A stretch of 64,000 bases of DNA from Minisyncoccota bacterium (lineage in GTDB: Bacteria > Patescibacteriota > Minisyncoccia > Phycocordibacterales > UBA9973): NCBI GenBank assembly GCA_036169735.1, contig JAVHNX010000051.1:8569-72568 (forward strand). The letters are read 5' to 3'. Both the position numbers and the translations under genes were made by a program. How positions within the stretch are numbered: the first letter of the stretch is position 1; each line of letters opens with the position of its first letter. The notes under the pieces were generated by a model. The model searched no databases. It was not told where the DNA came from and was given only the letters and a program-made list of their open reading frames with translations. Positions 48,743-57,179 of this stretch are shown here, in pieces.

Positions 48743-49675
48743 TTATTGCATGACTGCTTCCATATCTGAAACTGCTGCGATAAATTCTTCACTATACTTT
48801 TGATATTGAGAAAGACCTGAGAGTCCGACGACTGGGTCAGCTATTGTTTTCGCCATATTGCGTACACTGATACCTGTGTTGTTAGCACTATTGGCTATTT
48901 TCAAATGATATTGCGCCAAACTTTCTGGTACGGCTATTTTCATAGCCTCATTTGCAAAATCTTGATAAGCATCAGCTATAGTTTGAAGTTCTGCTGATTG
49001 AGTTCCTGTACCGAGTGTCGAATATATTGAAAGATCATTGCCCACGATGTCTAATTCGTCCCCTAAACCTGTAGAAGCATAACCCTCAAATAATGTTTTC
49101 ATCGCAGCGTAGTATTTGTTTTGATTTTTTGATGAATTATCGGTACTTACTCTCACTTCATCTTGAACATAACGATCAATCAGTGTAGGGTCTATCATTT
49201 TTTGACCTAAAGCACTAGAAAAGTTGTTTATAGTATTACTGTCCACCTGACCTGATTGTTTCATAGACATAAATGCAGCAAAAAACTCCCTTGAGAATTT
49301 ATCTGTTTCGGTCAAGTTTTCATCATTTGGAGTTTGTTCTGTCCCAAGCTCAATTTTTTTATTCTGTATATAAGTAGCGTCTGGTGTGTTGTTGAAAGTT
49401 ACTTTATTATTTTTGTCAGTACCCCAAAGAGCCTCTTCCCAGTCAGGGATCCCATCACTGTCAGAGTCTTTTAATACAAGTTCGTTTATAGTTAGTTTTC
49501 CTGTTTCCTGTATCAGGGCATTTTTCTCAGCTTGAGATATAAATTTTTCTTTTGCAGATATCCTAAAAAATATAAAAAGACCAATAGCCACAACGAGACA
49601 AGTAAGACCTATTTTAATAAACCTTTTGCTTGGGATATATTTTGAATATTTTTCTAAAACATGTTTTTTTTTCAT
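48743..49675 (-). CDS. Membrane-anchored protein with Ca-binding (TSP3-like) motif
   Basis: TM segment then DSDSDGIPDWEEALWGTD. Confidence 0.75.
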   Translation of the reverse strand: MKKKHVLEKYSKYIPSKRFIKIGLTCLVVAIGLFIFFRISAKEKFISQAEKNALIQETGKLTINELVLKDSDSDGIPDWEEALWGTDKNNKVTFNNTPDATYIQNKKIELGTEQTPNDENLTETDKFSREFFAAFMSMKQSGQVDSNTINNFSSALGQKMIDPTLIDRYVQDEVRVSTDNSSKNQNKYYAAMKTLFEGYASTGLGDELDIVGNDLSIYSTLGTGTQSAELQTIADAYQDFANEAMKIAVPESLAQYHLKIANSANNTGISVRNMAKTIADPVVGLSGLSQYQKYSEEFIAAVSDMEAVMQ

Positions 49676-49687
49676 CTGATATTTAAT

Positions 49688-50098
49688 TTACTTTTTAGAG
49701 GTCCCAAAGAGAACCATCGTTGCAAGATTAACTACGGTTGTCACTGGTGGATCTCCCTTCAAAATGCAGGTAATCGGGGTTGTTGTTGGACTATAGAGCC
49801 CAAGAATTGATTGCCCTGGTGATAATGGTAATTTTGTTTTGCTAACAACAGCGGCTGGTATAAAATATCCTGTTGGGGCTTTATTTACTGGTTTAATTGT
49901 TATAGTCTGACCAGGAATTACGCAAGTATAGCCAGTAGTTTGCAAAGATTTTATCTTTGTGTTCGTTGTATATAATATTTTTCCACCAAAAGATTTAGTT
50001 GAAGCAGCTGCAAAAGCAATCTTTATTGTAACTAGTACAAAAAATAACACCAATATAGTTCGTGCAAAAATCTTTATCATTCTATTATTATACTCCAA
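49688..50098 (-). CDS. Small secreted hypothetical protein
   Basis: Signal peptide, FGGKI, ILGLY, FGTS; start may be the second Met. Confidence 0.7.
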   Translation of the reverse strand: MEYNNRMIKIFARTILVLFFVLVTIKIAFAAASTKSFGGKILYTTNTKIKSLQTTGYTCVIPGQTITIKPVNKAPTGYFIPAAVVSKTKLPLSPGQSILGLYSPTTTPITCILKGDPPVTTVVNLATMVLFGTSKK

Positions 50099-50162
50099 TT
50101 TTTCTTGGTTTCAAGGGAAAGTCTTGTCTAACGCAAGATTATACCCATTAATTATAAATTAA

Positions 50163-51104
50163 CTATTTTTTCTTACTTTTCCTAATTAAATTCATTTCAT
50201 ACCTTTGTATTGCATCAAGCGACGTTTTCCAATTTCTACCCTCTTTTACCCCCGCAACTTTACCAGTACGGACAAGAAGTCCAAGGTATTCCGCATCATA
50301 TTTTGTTTGCGGAGCTATTTTTGATAGGGATAATAAGGTATTTTCTTTAGTAGAATTTTTTATTGCTTTTATATATAAATCCAAGGAACGTTCAACTGCT
50401 TGAGAAATAAAAAGAACTAAATCTTCTATTTGGTTTTTATCAGCTTTCTGTAAAGCTTTATAATATTTTGTCCTGTCATTTTTAAGAATCACAACAATTG
50501 GATAACCTTGTTTCATTAAAATGATATTTAAAATCAATCTGCTCACCCGTCCATTACCATCACCAAAAGGATGAATAAAAACAAAACGATGTTTAAATTC
50601 TGTTGCTAAAGTAACAATGTCCAACTTGTTTTTATTTTCCTTATACCAATCTAGCAAATCCTTCATTTTATGAGGTACTTCAAATGCAGGTGATGGAGTA
50701 TGTTTGCTCCCAGTTATACGCACATCATAAGTGCGATATGAGCCAGCTTCCACCCCATCAATATTCTGCACCACCAAACTATGCAAATTTCTTATGAGCA
50801 TTTCAGAAAGCGGAATATCTTTTTTACTATCTACTACATCATATAAATATTCAATCGCTTTCGCTTGGTTTTTTACTTCCAAATGATCCTTGAATGATTT
50901 CCCTTTGACTGTAATACCTTGTTGTAAGACAAGCATTGTCTCTCGTAGGGTAAGAGTATTCCCTTCTATTGCATTTGAATTGTAATTCATCTCAATAGAA
51001 AATTGTTCACGCAGTTTATTTACTAGGTAAGGAGGAAAAGGCCGTACTTTTTTTAGTATAACTAATTTATCTTCTATTCTTTTTAAAATAAACGTATTTC
51101 TCAT
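50163..51104 (-). CDS. Fic-domain protein (class II) with C-terminal HTH-like domain
   Basis: HPFGDGNGRVSR catalytic motif; SNAIEGN inhibitory motif; C-terminal YLGLLVRTGK..K.GRNW. Confidence 0.9.
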   Translation of the reverse strand: MRNTFILKRIEDKLVILKKVRPFPPYLVNKLREQFSIEMNYNSNAIEGNTLTLRETMLVLQQGITVKGKSFKDHLEVKNQAKAIEYLYDVVDSKKDIPLSEMLIRNLHSLVVQNIDGVEAGSYRTYDVRITGSKHTPSPAFEVPHKMKDLLDWYKENKNKLDIVTLATEFKHRFVFIHPFGDGNGRVSRLILNIILMKQGYPIVVILKNDRTKYYKALQKADKNQIEDLVLFISQAVERSLDLYIKAIKNSTKENTLLSLSKIAPQTKYDAEYLGLLVRTGKVAGVKEGRNWKTSLDAIQRYEMNLIRKSKKK

Positions 51105-51176
51105 ATTATTTTATAATATCATTAATATCGGATAACTTCATTTAGTATACTATCCGATGTTAAGAAAAGCAAGTAG

Positions 51177-52160
51177 CTACTGAGCTAGCGAAATCCAATC
51201 TTCTAGTTTCAGTTCTTCGGCTCGTTTGTTTCCTAGCTCGGTTTTTTTGTATTGGACACCTGCATCTGCAAGGTTTTTTGAAAGTTTCTTTCTTTTGTGA
51301 GCAAAACCAGCTTTTACTATTTCCCAGAATTTCTCTTCGTCTGTATTTTTGTTCTCCTCCCCCTTAATAAGGGGGAGGCTGGGAGGGGGTGAATTTAAGA
51401 ACCTCACCCCAACCCCCTCCTCAACAAGGAGGGGGGTAAAAAAATTCTTCCTAGAAATATTTTTGATAGCTATCACAGCTGAATCCACTTTAGGTGCTGG
51501 TGAAAAATATCTTGCTGGTACTTTCATTATTATTTTTGGTTCTCCGTAAGCCTTTACTGATATAGATAAAATACTTTCTTTGCCGTCTCGTGCGACTATT
51601 CTTTTTGCTACTTCGTGTTGAACCATCAAGACCATTGTTTCAGGCTGATGTGCGTCTGTTAGGAATTTTTTTAATATTGCGCCGGTTATGTTGTATGGGA
51701 TGTTTGCGATTATTTTATAATCTTGAAGGATATTACTTTGAAAACCGCACATATTTCCCTGCTGGGAAATTGCTATGCTCGGCCCGTCGGCCTCCGCAAT
51801 GCTTTTCAAAACAATATTCTTCAAGATTATTTCGAGGTTTAACTCCAAAATATCTCCCCTAATTAAAACTAATTTTTTGGTAGCTATTTCTTCACTAAAT
51901 TTTTCGGTAAGTGTCTCAATAAGGTCACGATCTTTTTCTACAGCTATTACTACCCCTGCTTTTTCTAGAAGCTTTTCAGTAAGAGCTCCTTTGCCTGGGC
52001 CAATTTCTAAAATGACATCAGTAGGTGTTATATCCCCCGCTTCTACTATAGCCCGTAAGGCTGGTTCTGATTTTAGGAAGTTTTGTCCTAAAGCCTTTTT
52101 GGCTCGGACGAACCCGTGTACGGGTTTTAGTTCTAATGATTTTTTTGCTTTATGTATCAT
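51177..52160 (-). CDS. rsmA: 16S rRNA dimethyladenosine transferase, carrying three insertions
   Basis: LGQNFL, EIGPGKGALT, ANIPYNIT, MVQHEVA.R, F.PAPKVDSAV, RAEEL. Confidence 0.96.
   Translation of the reverse strand: MIHKAKKSLELKPVHGFVRAKKALGQNFLKSEPALRAIVEAGDITPTDVILEIGPGKGALTEKLLEKAGVVIAVEKDRDLIETLTEKFSEEIATKKLVLIRGDILELNLEIILKNIVLKSIAEADGPSIAISQQGNMCGFQSNILQDYKIIANIPYNITGAILKKFLTDAHQPETMVLMVQHEVAKRIVARDGKESILSISVKAYGEPKIIMKVPARYFSPAPKVDSAVIAIKNISRKNFFTPLLVEEGVGVRFLNSPPPSLPLIKGEENKNTDEEKFWEIVKAGFAHKRKKLSKNLADAGVQYKKTELGNKRAEELKLEDWISLAQ
51353..51437. repeat. Inverted doublet of family C elements, in frame inside rsmA/ksgA
   Basis: ctcctcccccttaataagggggaggctgggagggggtg and cctcaccccaaccccctcctcaacaaggaggggggt; encodes TPLLVEEGVGVRFLNSPPPSLPLIKGEE. 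Confidence 0.88.
51717..51830 (-). repeat. Family A element, 114 bp in frame inside rsmA/ksgA
   Basis: 28-bp arms plus core; encodes IILKNIVLKSIAEADGPSIAISQQGNMCGFQSNILQDY. Confidence 0.92.
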
Positions 52161-52179
52161 GAATTTATTAATTACAAGT

Positions 52180-54213
52180 TTACAGATAGATTGTTTTCAC
52201 TCCACTTTCTTCGCCTTCTTTTTCTAGTATATCATCTGGAATATTGGAAATAAATTCTGACGGAGTATTGATTTGTCGTGAACCGAAAATAGTTCGGTAG
52301 TTTGCATATGATAAAAACAATTTTTCTTTCGCACGAGTAAGAGCAACATAAAAAAGTCTTCTTTCTTCTTCAGAATCCTCTCCTGATCTTGTCTCACCAA
52401 ATTTTCGATGAGGAAAGAGTCCGTCTTCGAGTCCAGTTATAAAAACATATTTAAATTCAAGACCTTTTGATGCATGGACAGTCATTAATTTTACCCCAGT
52501 CTTGACCTCCTTCTTCTTATCATCATTAATCATAATACTGTCTTGGTCTGATGCGAGTGACGCATCTTCTAAAAGTTTTTCTACACCTGAACCATTTTCT
52601 AGTGCGTCATATTTAAGAGCTAAGGTCACCAATTCTTTTATATTTTCTAATCTTTCAGTATCTTCTTCTGTTCCAGTCATGAGTTCATTTTCTATACCAG
52701 ATTTTTTTACTGCGAATTTTATAACATCGGAGACTTTTGAATTTTCTATTTTTTCTTTTATTTCTTCCAATGTTTTATAAAAGTTATCCACTTTTATTTT
52801 TACTTTAATTGGTAGGGTTTCTTTTTCACCACTAAATATTTTTGCCATTGTGACTTTCCCAATCCCTCTGACCGGGAAGTTTATAATACGTCTGATGTCC
52901 GATAGACTTTCTGGGTTGAGTGCGGCGCGAAGATATGAGAGAGTGTCCTTTATCTCTTTTCTTTCAAAGAATTTAACACCCAGAACTTGATAAGGGACAT
53001 TGTATCTAAGTAACGCTTCTTCGAGTGCACGGGATTGGAAATTAGCCCTATATAATATGGCTACTTCGGACAGGATACTATTATTAAAACCGCACATATT
53101 TCCCTGCTGGGAAATTGCTATGCTCGGCCCGTCGGCCTGCGCAATGCTTTTAATAACAGTGTCCTGTCCTTTGTTTGAGCTGTTATCTAATATCTCTAAA
53201 ATTTTTGTCGCGACAAAATCAGCTTCGTCATTTTCTGCTAATCCTTCATATAAAGTTATTTTTTCACCAGCTGAATTTTGAGTAAATAGATTTTTGTCGG
53301 GTCGATATTTGTTTTTTTTAATAACTTCATTGGCGGCTTCTAAGATATTTTTAGTGGATCGGTAATTTTCTTCTAATAAAACTATTTTTGCATTTGGGTA
53401 ATCTTTTTCAAAATTTAATATATTTTTTAAATTTGCACCACGCCAAGAATAAATATTTTGATCAGCATCTCCGACGACACAGATATTTTTATTATTTTCT
53501 GAAAGTATTTTTGACATCAAGTACTGCACTTCGTTTGTATCTTGGTACTCATCGATGTGTATATACTCCCATTTTTCTTGATAACTTTTTCTTATCTGTT
53601 CGTTTTCTTTTAATAACTTAACTGCCTTTAAAAGTAAATCATCAAAGTCTAAAGAATTTTCTTTGTTTTTTTTGTTTTCGTATAAAGACCAAACTTGTGC
53701 AACAATCTTACTAAGATAGTCACTGGCATTTTCTGAGTAATCTGATAGATGCGTAAATTTACCTTTTTCTCTGCTGATAATACCTTTTATTTTTTTTGGT
53801 TCGTACTGTTTAGGATCTAAACTTATTTCTAGTATTGCTTCTTTTACCAGTGCGACAGAACTTGATTCGTCTAAAATAGTGAAATACTTTGTAAGCCCTA
53901 GAATTCTCGCATTTTCTTTGATTATAAAGACCCCTAGAGAGTGGAAAGTACTAACAAAAGGAATAGTATCATGCCCTTTAGCATTTTTTTCTATTTCTAA
54001 TATTACACGTTCCCTCATTTCTTTTGCTGCTTTGTTTGTGAAAGTAACAGCCAGGATCTTTTCTGGAGCAGTTCCTTGTTTAATTAAATTAACGATTCGG
54101 TGTGTAATCGTCTTTGTTTTTCCAGCTCCTGCGCCAGCCACAATAAGAAGCGGCCCATTCATGTGAATAGCCGCTTCTTTTTGTGCATTATTAAGTCCTT
54201 TCAAATGTTCCAT
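52180..54213 (-). CDS. pcrA: UvrD/PcrA helicase
   Basis: AGAGAGKT, TFTNKAA, DEYQD, GDADQNIYSWRGA, NYRST, TVHASKGLEF, EERRLFYVALTRA. Confidence 0.96.
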   Translation of the reverse strand: MEHLKGLNNAQKEAAIHMNGPLLIVAGAGAGKTKTITHRIVNLIKQGTAPEKILAVTFTNKAAKEMRERVILEIEKNAKGHDTIPFVSTFHSLGVFIIKENARILGLTKYFTILDESSSVALVKEAILEISLDPKQYEPKKIKGIISREKGKFTHLSDYSENASDYLSKIVAQVWSLYENKKNKENSLDFDDLLLKAVKLLKENEQIRKSYQEKWEYIHIDEYQDTNEVQYLMSKILSENNKNICVVGDADQNIYSWRGANLKNILNFEKDYPNAKIVLLEENYRSTKNILEAANEVIKKNKYRPDKNLFTQNSAGEKITLYEGLAENDEADFVATKILEILDNSSNKGQDTVIKSIAQADGPSIAISQQGNMCGFNNSILSEVAILYRANFQSRALEEALLRYNVPYQVLGVKFFERKEIKDTLSYLRAALNPESLSDIRRIINFPVRGIGKVTMAKIFSGEKETLPIKVKIKVDNFYKTLEEIKEKIENSKVSDVIKFAVKKSGIENELMTGTEEDTERLENIKELVTLALKYDALENGSGVEKLLEDASLASDQDSIMINDDKKKEVKTGVKLMTVHASKGLEFKYVFITGLEDGLFPHRKFGETRSGEDSEEERRLFYVALTRAKEKLFLSYANYRTIFGSRQINTPSEFISNIPDDILEKEGEESGVKTIYL
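53068..53169 (-). repeat. Family A element, 102 bp in frame inside pcrA
   Basis: 22-bp arms plus core; exactly 34 codons GQDTVIKSIAQADGPSIAISQQGNMCGFNNSILS. Confidence 0.92.
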
Positions 54214-54233
54214 CCCCTATAATATAGCACAGT

Positions 54234-54539
54234 TTAGTTTCCGATTTGATTCATTATGTTTGAAGTTTTATTTTTGAATTTTTCTGTTTCTTCGATTATG
54301 ATTTTTTCGAAATCCACTACTTTATCTTTTAGAAAACTGAAAATTTCTTCAGGTTTTGCTTCATTATCTAGCATTTTTTCAAAATCATCTTGATCTTTGT
54401 CTGTCATTTTCTCAACTGCGCGCATTAAAACATTTTGATAAATCAAAGTTCCAGTTCGAATCAATATTTCTTCAGCTTCTTCTTTGGGAAGATTATCAAG
54501 TTCAAGTATGTCAATTATATTATTTTGTATTGGATTCAT
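54234..54539 (-). CDS. Small acidic helical protein (DUF5663-like)
   Basis: LELDNLPKEE.EE.L...G.LI...V pattern. Confidence 0.65.
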   Translation of the reverse strand: MNPIQNNIIDILELDNLPKEEAEEILIRTGTLIYQNVLMRAVEKMTDKDQDDFEKMLDNEAKPEEIFSFLKDKVVDFEKIIIEETEKFKNKTSNIMNQIGN

Positions 54540-54553
54540 AAATTTTTTGTTAA

Positions 54554-57163
54554 TTATAATTTAACTTCGTCTAATACTTCCATTTCCGCTGCCTTTTCTA
54601 GACTTCGTGTAATAAATTCATCATTTGTTTCAGCTGCAGAAACCAAAGTCTCCTCTAGAGGACTGAGTCCTGTAACATCGTGCAGCTTGTTAAGATATGA
54701 GACCAGTTTTTTTGTATCTTCAGTCATACCTTCAGTTTTCAAATGCATAATTTTGTCTGCTGTTAGACTTGGTGAGTGTGAATTTTTCACATTGTCCCAT
54801 AAGGTAGTGTTTTTACCAAAAAGGTGATTAATATTTTCTGTTCGTACTAGTTGAGCCTGCTCTAAGTGTTGTTTTAGAAGACTTTGAAGTATTTCTCCAG
54901 TTGGTTCTATTGGATTTTCTGGTATACGTTTACCAGATGCGTCATACTGACCTTTAGTTTCTGTTGGATTTACTTGATTTTGTTTAAGATGTTCATCGAT
55001 TGCGGGAGTTTCTGTTGGATTCACTTGGTTTTGTTCTAGCTGTTGATCTATTTCTCCGTCTTCAGGAGTTGCGTGTGCTGAACCTTCTTGGGGTGCAACA
55101 TGCTGACCTTGATGATTTGAATCAAACATGTCACCTTTAAATTGTTCAACATCAGCACCTTTAATTAGAACCTGATCATGTTCAATACCTTTCATATCAA
55201 TATAATGTGTTTTTAAAGTTCCATTTTCAAAAGAAAGTGTTCCTTTCTGAACAATCATACTTTCCGCTGGGGAATTTGGATTATACATACCCAGTTTGAT
55301 CGCCTCCTGTGTCGAATCTGTCTTCATGAATTCCTGTATATTTGCTGGAGCTTTCGTGATATCAGGATAATCATGACTAATCTGTGTTTTTAAGTCATGA
55401 ATAGTTTGTATTGCTCCTCTTGAACTATAGTCTACACTTTCTGTTTTTAATTCTATTTTTACTGTTCCATGACCGTCAGCTCCAGGCTTTTGTAAATCAC
55501 CATTAGCCAGTGCTTGTTCGGGTGAGATATTATGCAAAATATTTCCCATTTCATAAGACGCGATTCCACCAGCTGCAACTGTAATCAAAGCCTTGGTAAT
55601 CAATCTTTCTCTTTTTGCTTTTCGTTCTTTTTCTGATATTTCATCAAATTCTTTTTTGTTTTTTGCAAAACTTGTATCAAAAGTTTCCTCAGAAAATCTT
55701 TTAGCCAAGTTTCTTTCTTCCATTTCTCTATTTTCTGCAGATTTTGATTTAAACAACCAGTCATAAGCTTGAGCGGCACTTTGTCCAACGAAACTTCCTG
55801 TTAATCCTCTTACGTATTTAGTACCTAAATACGTAGCTGTTACTCCCCCTGCCGCGATAGAACTAGGTAGGAATGTAGCGATTGCTGCAGTAGATAATGC
55901 GGTAGAAATTGCAATTTTTTTCCATCTAGGTTGTTTCAAGTACCAATCCATACCTTGTTTCCAAAGAGCTTTTTCTTTCAAAGGAAGGTTCTCTGCCTTA
56001 AGAGCATTCAATCTTGTTTGTTCTTCGGCTATTACTTTTGTGAAAATCTCGTTACCTTTGTATCTCTTTAGTTCTATTTTTTGTTGTTCTGAAGTTAGTT
56101 TGGAATTTTTTAATTTTGCCTCTTTTTCAGAATACATGTTTTTACCATATTCGATTGTAGTTTTCTCGTATTCTTTTTCTAGGTCTTTTAAATATTGTGG
56201 AGTTTCAGATTCTGTCACTTTTGATCCAAAGATTTTTCTACCAAGATTTTTATACCAGCTAGAATCTTTCTTTCTGTCTGCAAGAAACTTTTTATAACCA
56301 TCCGCATATTGTACTCTAGCATTATTTAATTGTGCTAGAAGTACTTGTTCGGATGCTTTTTCAATAACTTTTTCTTCTGATTTTTTTTCTGAAATTTTTG
56401 TATCCTCAACTTTTCCTGCAGGATTTTTTAATTTTTCTTTTTCAGTCTCAAGTTCTATTTTTAATGCTTTAATTTTTTCTATTTCATTTAGTTCTACGTT
56501 CACGTGGGTATTTTCTTTTTTCTCTGTTGGTGCAGCCACTGTTTCTTTGGTTGTTTCTTTTTTGACTGCTACAGCATCATCTTTTGTGTTCTTAAAACCA
56601 TTAGCAATAGTATTTCTTATCTCTTCCATTTTTTTATCAGATTTTTCTTTCGCTTCTGTGATCATCTTTTCTGATTTTTCATGAATATTTTTTATGTTTT
56701 CTTCAAACTTTGTATTATCTTCTACTATTACTCGTTCTGAATTTTCAGTTATTTTTTTCATTATGTCTTCGTTTTCTTCAGCTTCTGTTTTTTCAACTTT
56801 TTCTATTGGTGTAGCTATTGTTTCTACTACTGGGTTTACAGTATCCTTTGTCTCTACTACGTTTTCAGCACCCATAGTTTTTTTCTCTCCTTTTTCTGCA
56901 AGAAGCTCTCCTAGTCTTATGGTATTTTCAGACAAGACATCGTCTTTTTTAAATAACTCTGCTTCTTTTTCTTCATCCTTTAAAGAAGGGTCATTTGCAG
57001 TGGCTTCTCTGCGGGCTTTGGTTGCCATAATAACAAACTCAACATCTGCTATTTTTGCAGCAGTTTCTTTGGTATATCCACCTTCAACTAACTCTAAAAC
57101 TCTTTTATCAATTTTTTCTTTGTTTCTTTTGAAGTCTTTGTTTTTAGGTGGTATATCTTTCAT
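54554..57163 (-). CDS. Large hypothetical protein (K/E coiled coil, central hydrophobic segments)
   Basis: 869 aa ORF with an internal QNQVNPTET duplication. Confidence 0.75.
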   Translation of the reverse strand: MKDIPPKNKDFKRNKEKIDKRVLELVEGGYTKETAAKIADVEFVIMATKARREATANDPSLKDEEKEAELFKKDDVLSENTIRLGELLAEKGEKKTMGAENVVETKDTVNPVVETIATPIEKVEKTEAEENEDIMKKITENSERVIVEDNTKFEENIKNIHEKSEKMITEAKEKSDKKMEEIRNTIANGFKNTKDDAVAVKKETTKETVAAPTEKKENTHVNVELNEIEKIKALKIELETEKEKLKNPAGKVEDTKISEKKSEEKVIEKASEQVLLAQLNNARVQYADGYKKFLADRKKDSSWYKNLGRKIFGSKVTESETPQYLKDLEKEYEKTTIEYGKNMYSEKEAKLKNSKLTSEQQKIELKRYKGNEIFTKVIAEEQTRLNALKAENLPLKEKALWKQGMDWYLKQPRWKKIAISTALSTAAIATFLPSSIAAGGVTATYLGTKYVRGLTGSFVGQSAAQAYDWLFKSKSAENREMEERNLAKRFSEETFDTSFAKNKKEFDEISEKERKAKRERLITKALITVAAGGIASYEMGNILHNISPEQALANGDLQKPGADGHGTVKIELKTESVDYSSRGAIQTIHDLKTQISHDYPDITKAPANIQEFMKTDSTQEAIKLGMYNPNSPAESMIVQKGTLSFENGTLKTHYIDMKGIEHDQVLIKGADVEQFKGDMFDSNHQGQHVAPQEGSAHATPEDGEIDQQLEQNQVNPTETPAIDEHLKQNQVNPTETKGQYDASGKRIPENPIEPTGEILQSLLKQHLEQAQLVRTENINHLFGKNTTLWDNVKNSHSPSLTADKIMHLKTEGMTEDTKKLVSYLNKLHDVTGLSPLEETLVSAAETNDEFITRSLEKAAEMEVLDEVKL

Positions 57164-57179
57164 AAATTTGTTTATTATA

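Noticed and set aside
35567-51104. Integrative conjugative element or prophage
   Set aside because: No integrase, relaxase, att sites or phage structural genes; composition matches the flanks.
53068-53169. Inserts in pcrA/ksgA/polA as inteins or group I/II introns
   Set aside because: Far too short, with no C/S...HN intein ends and no intron core motifs.
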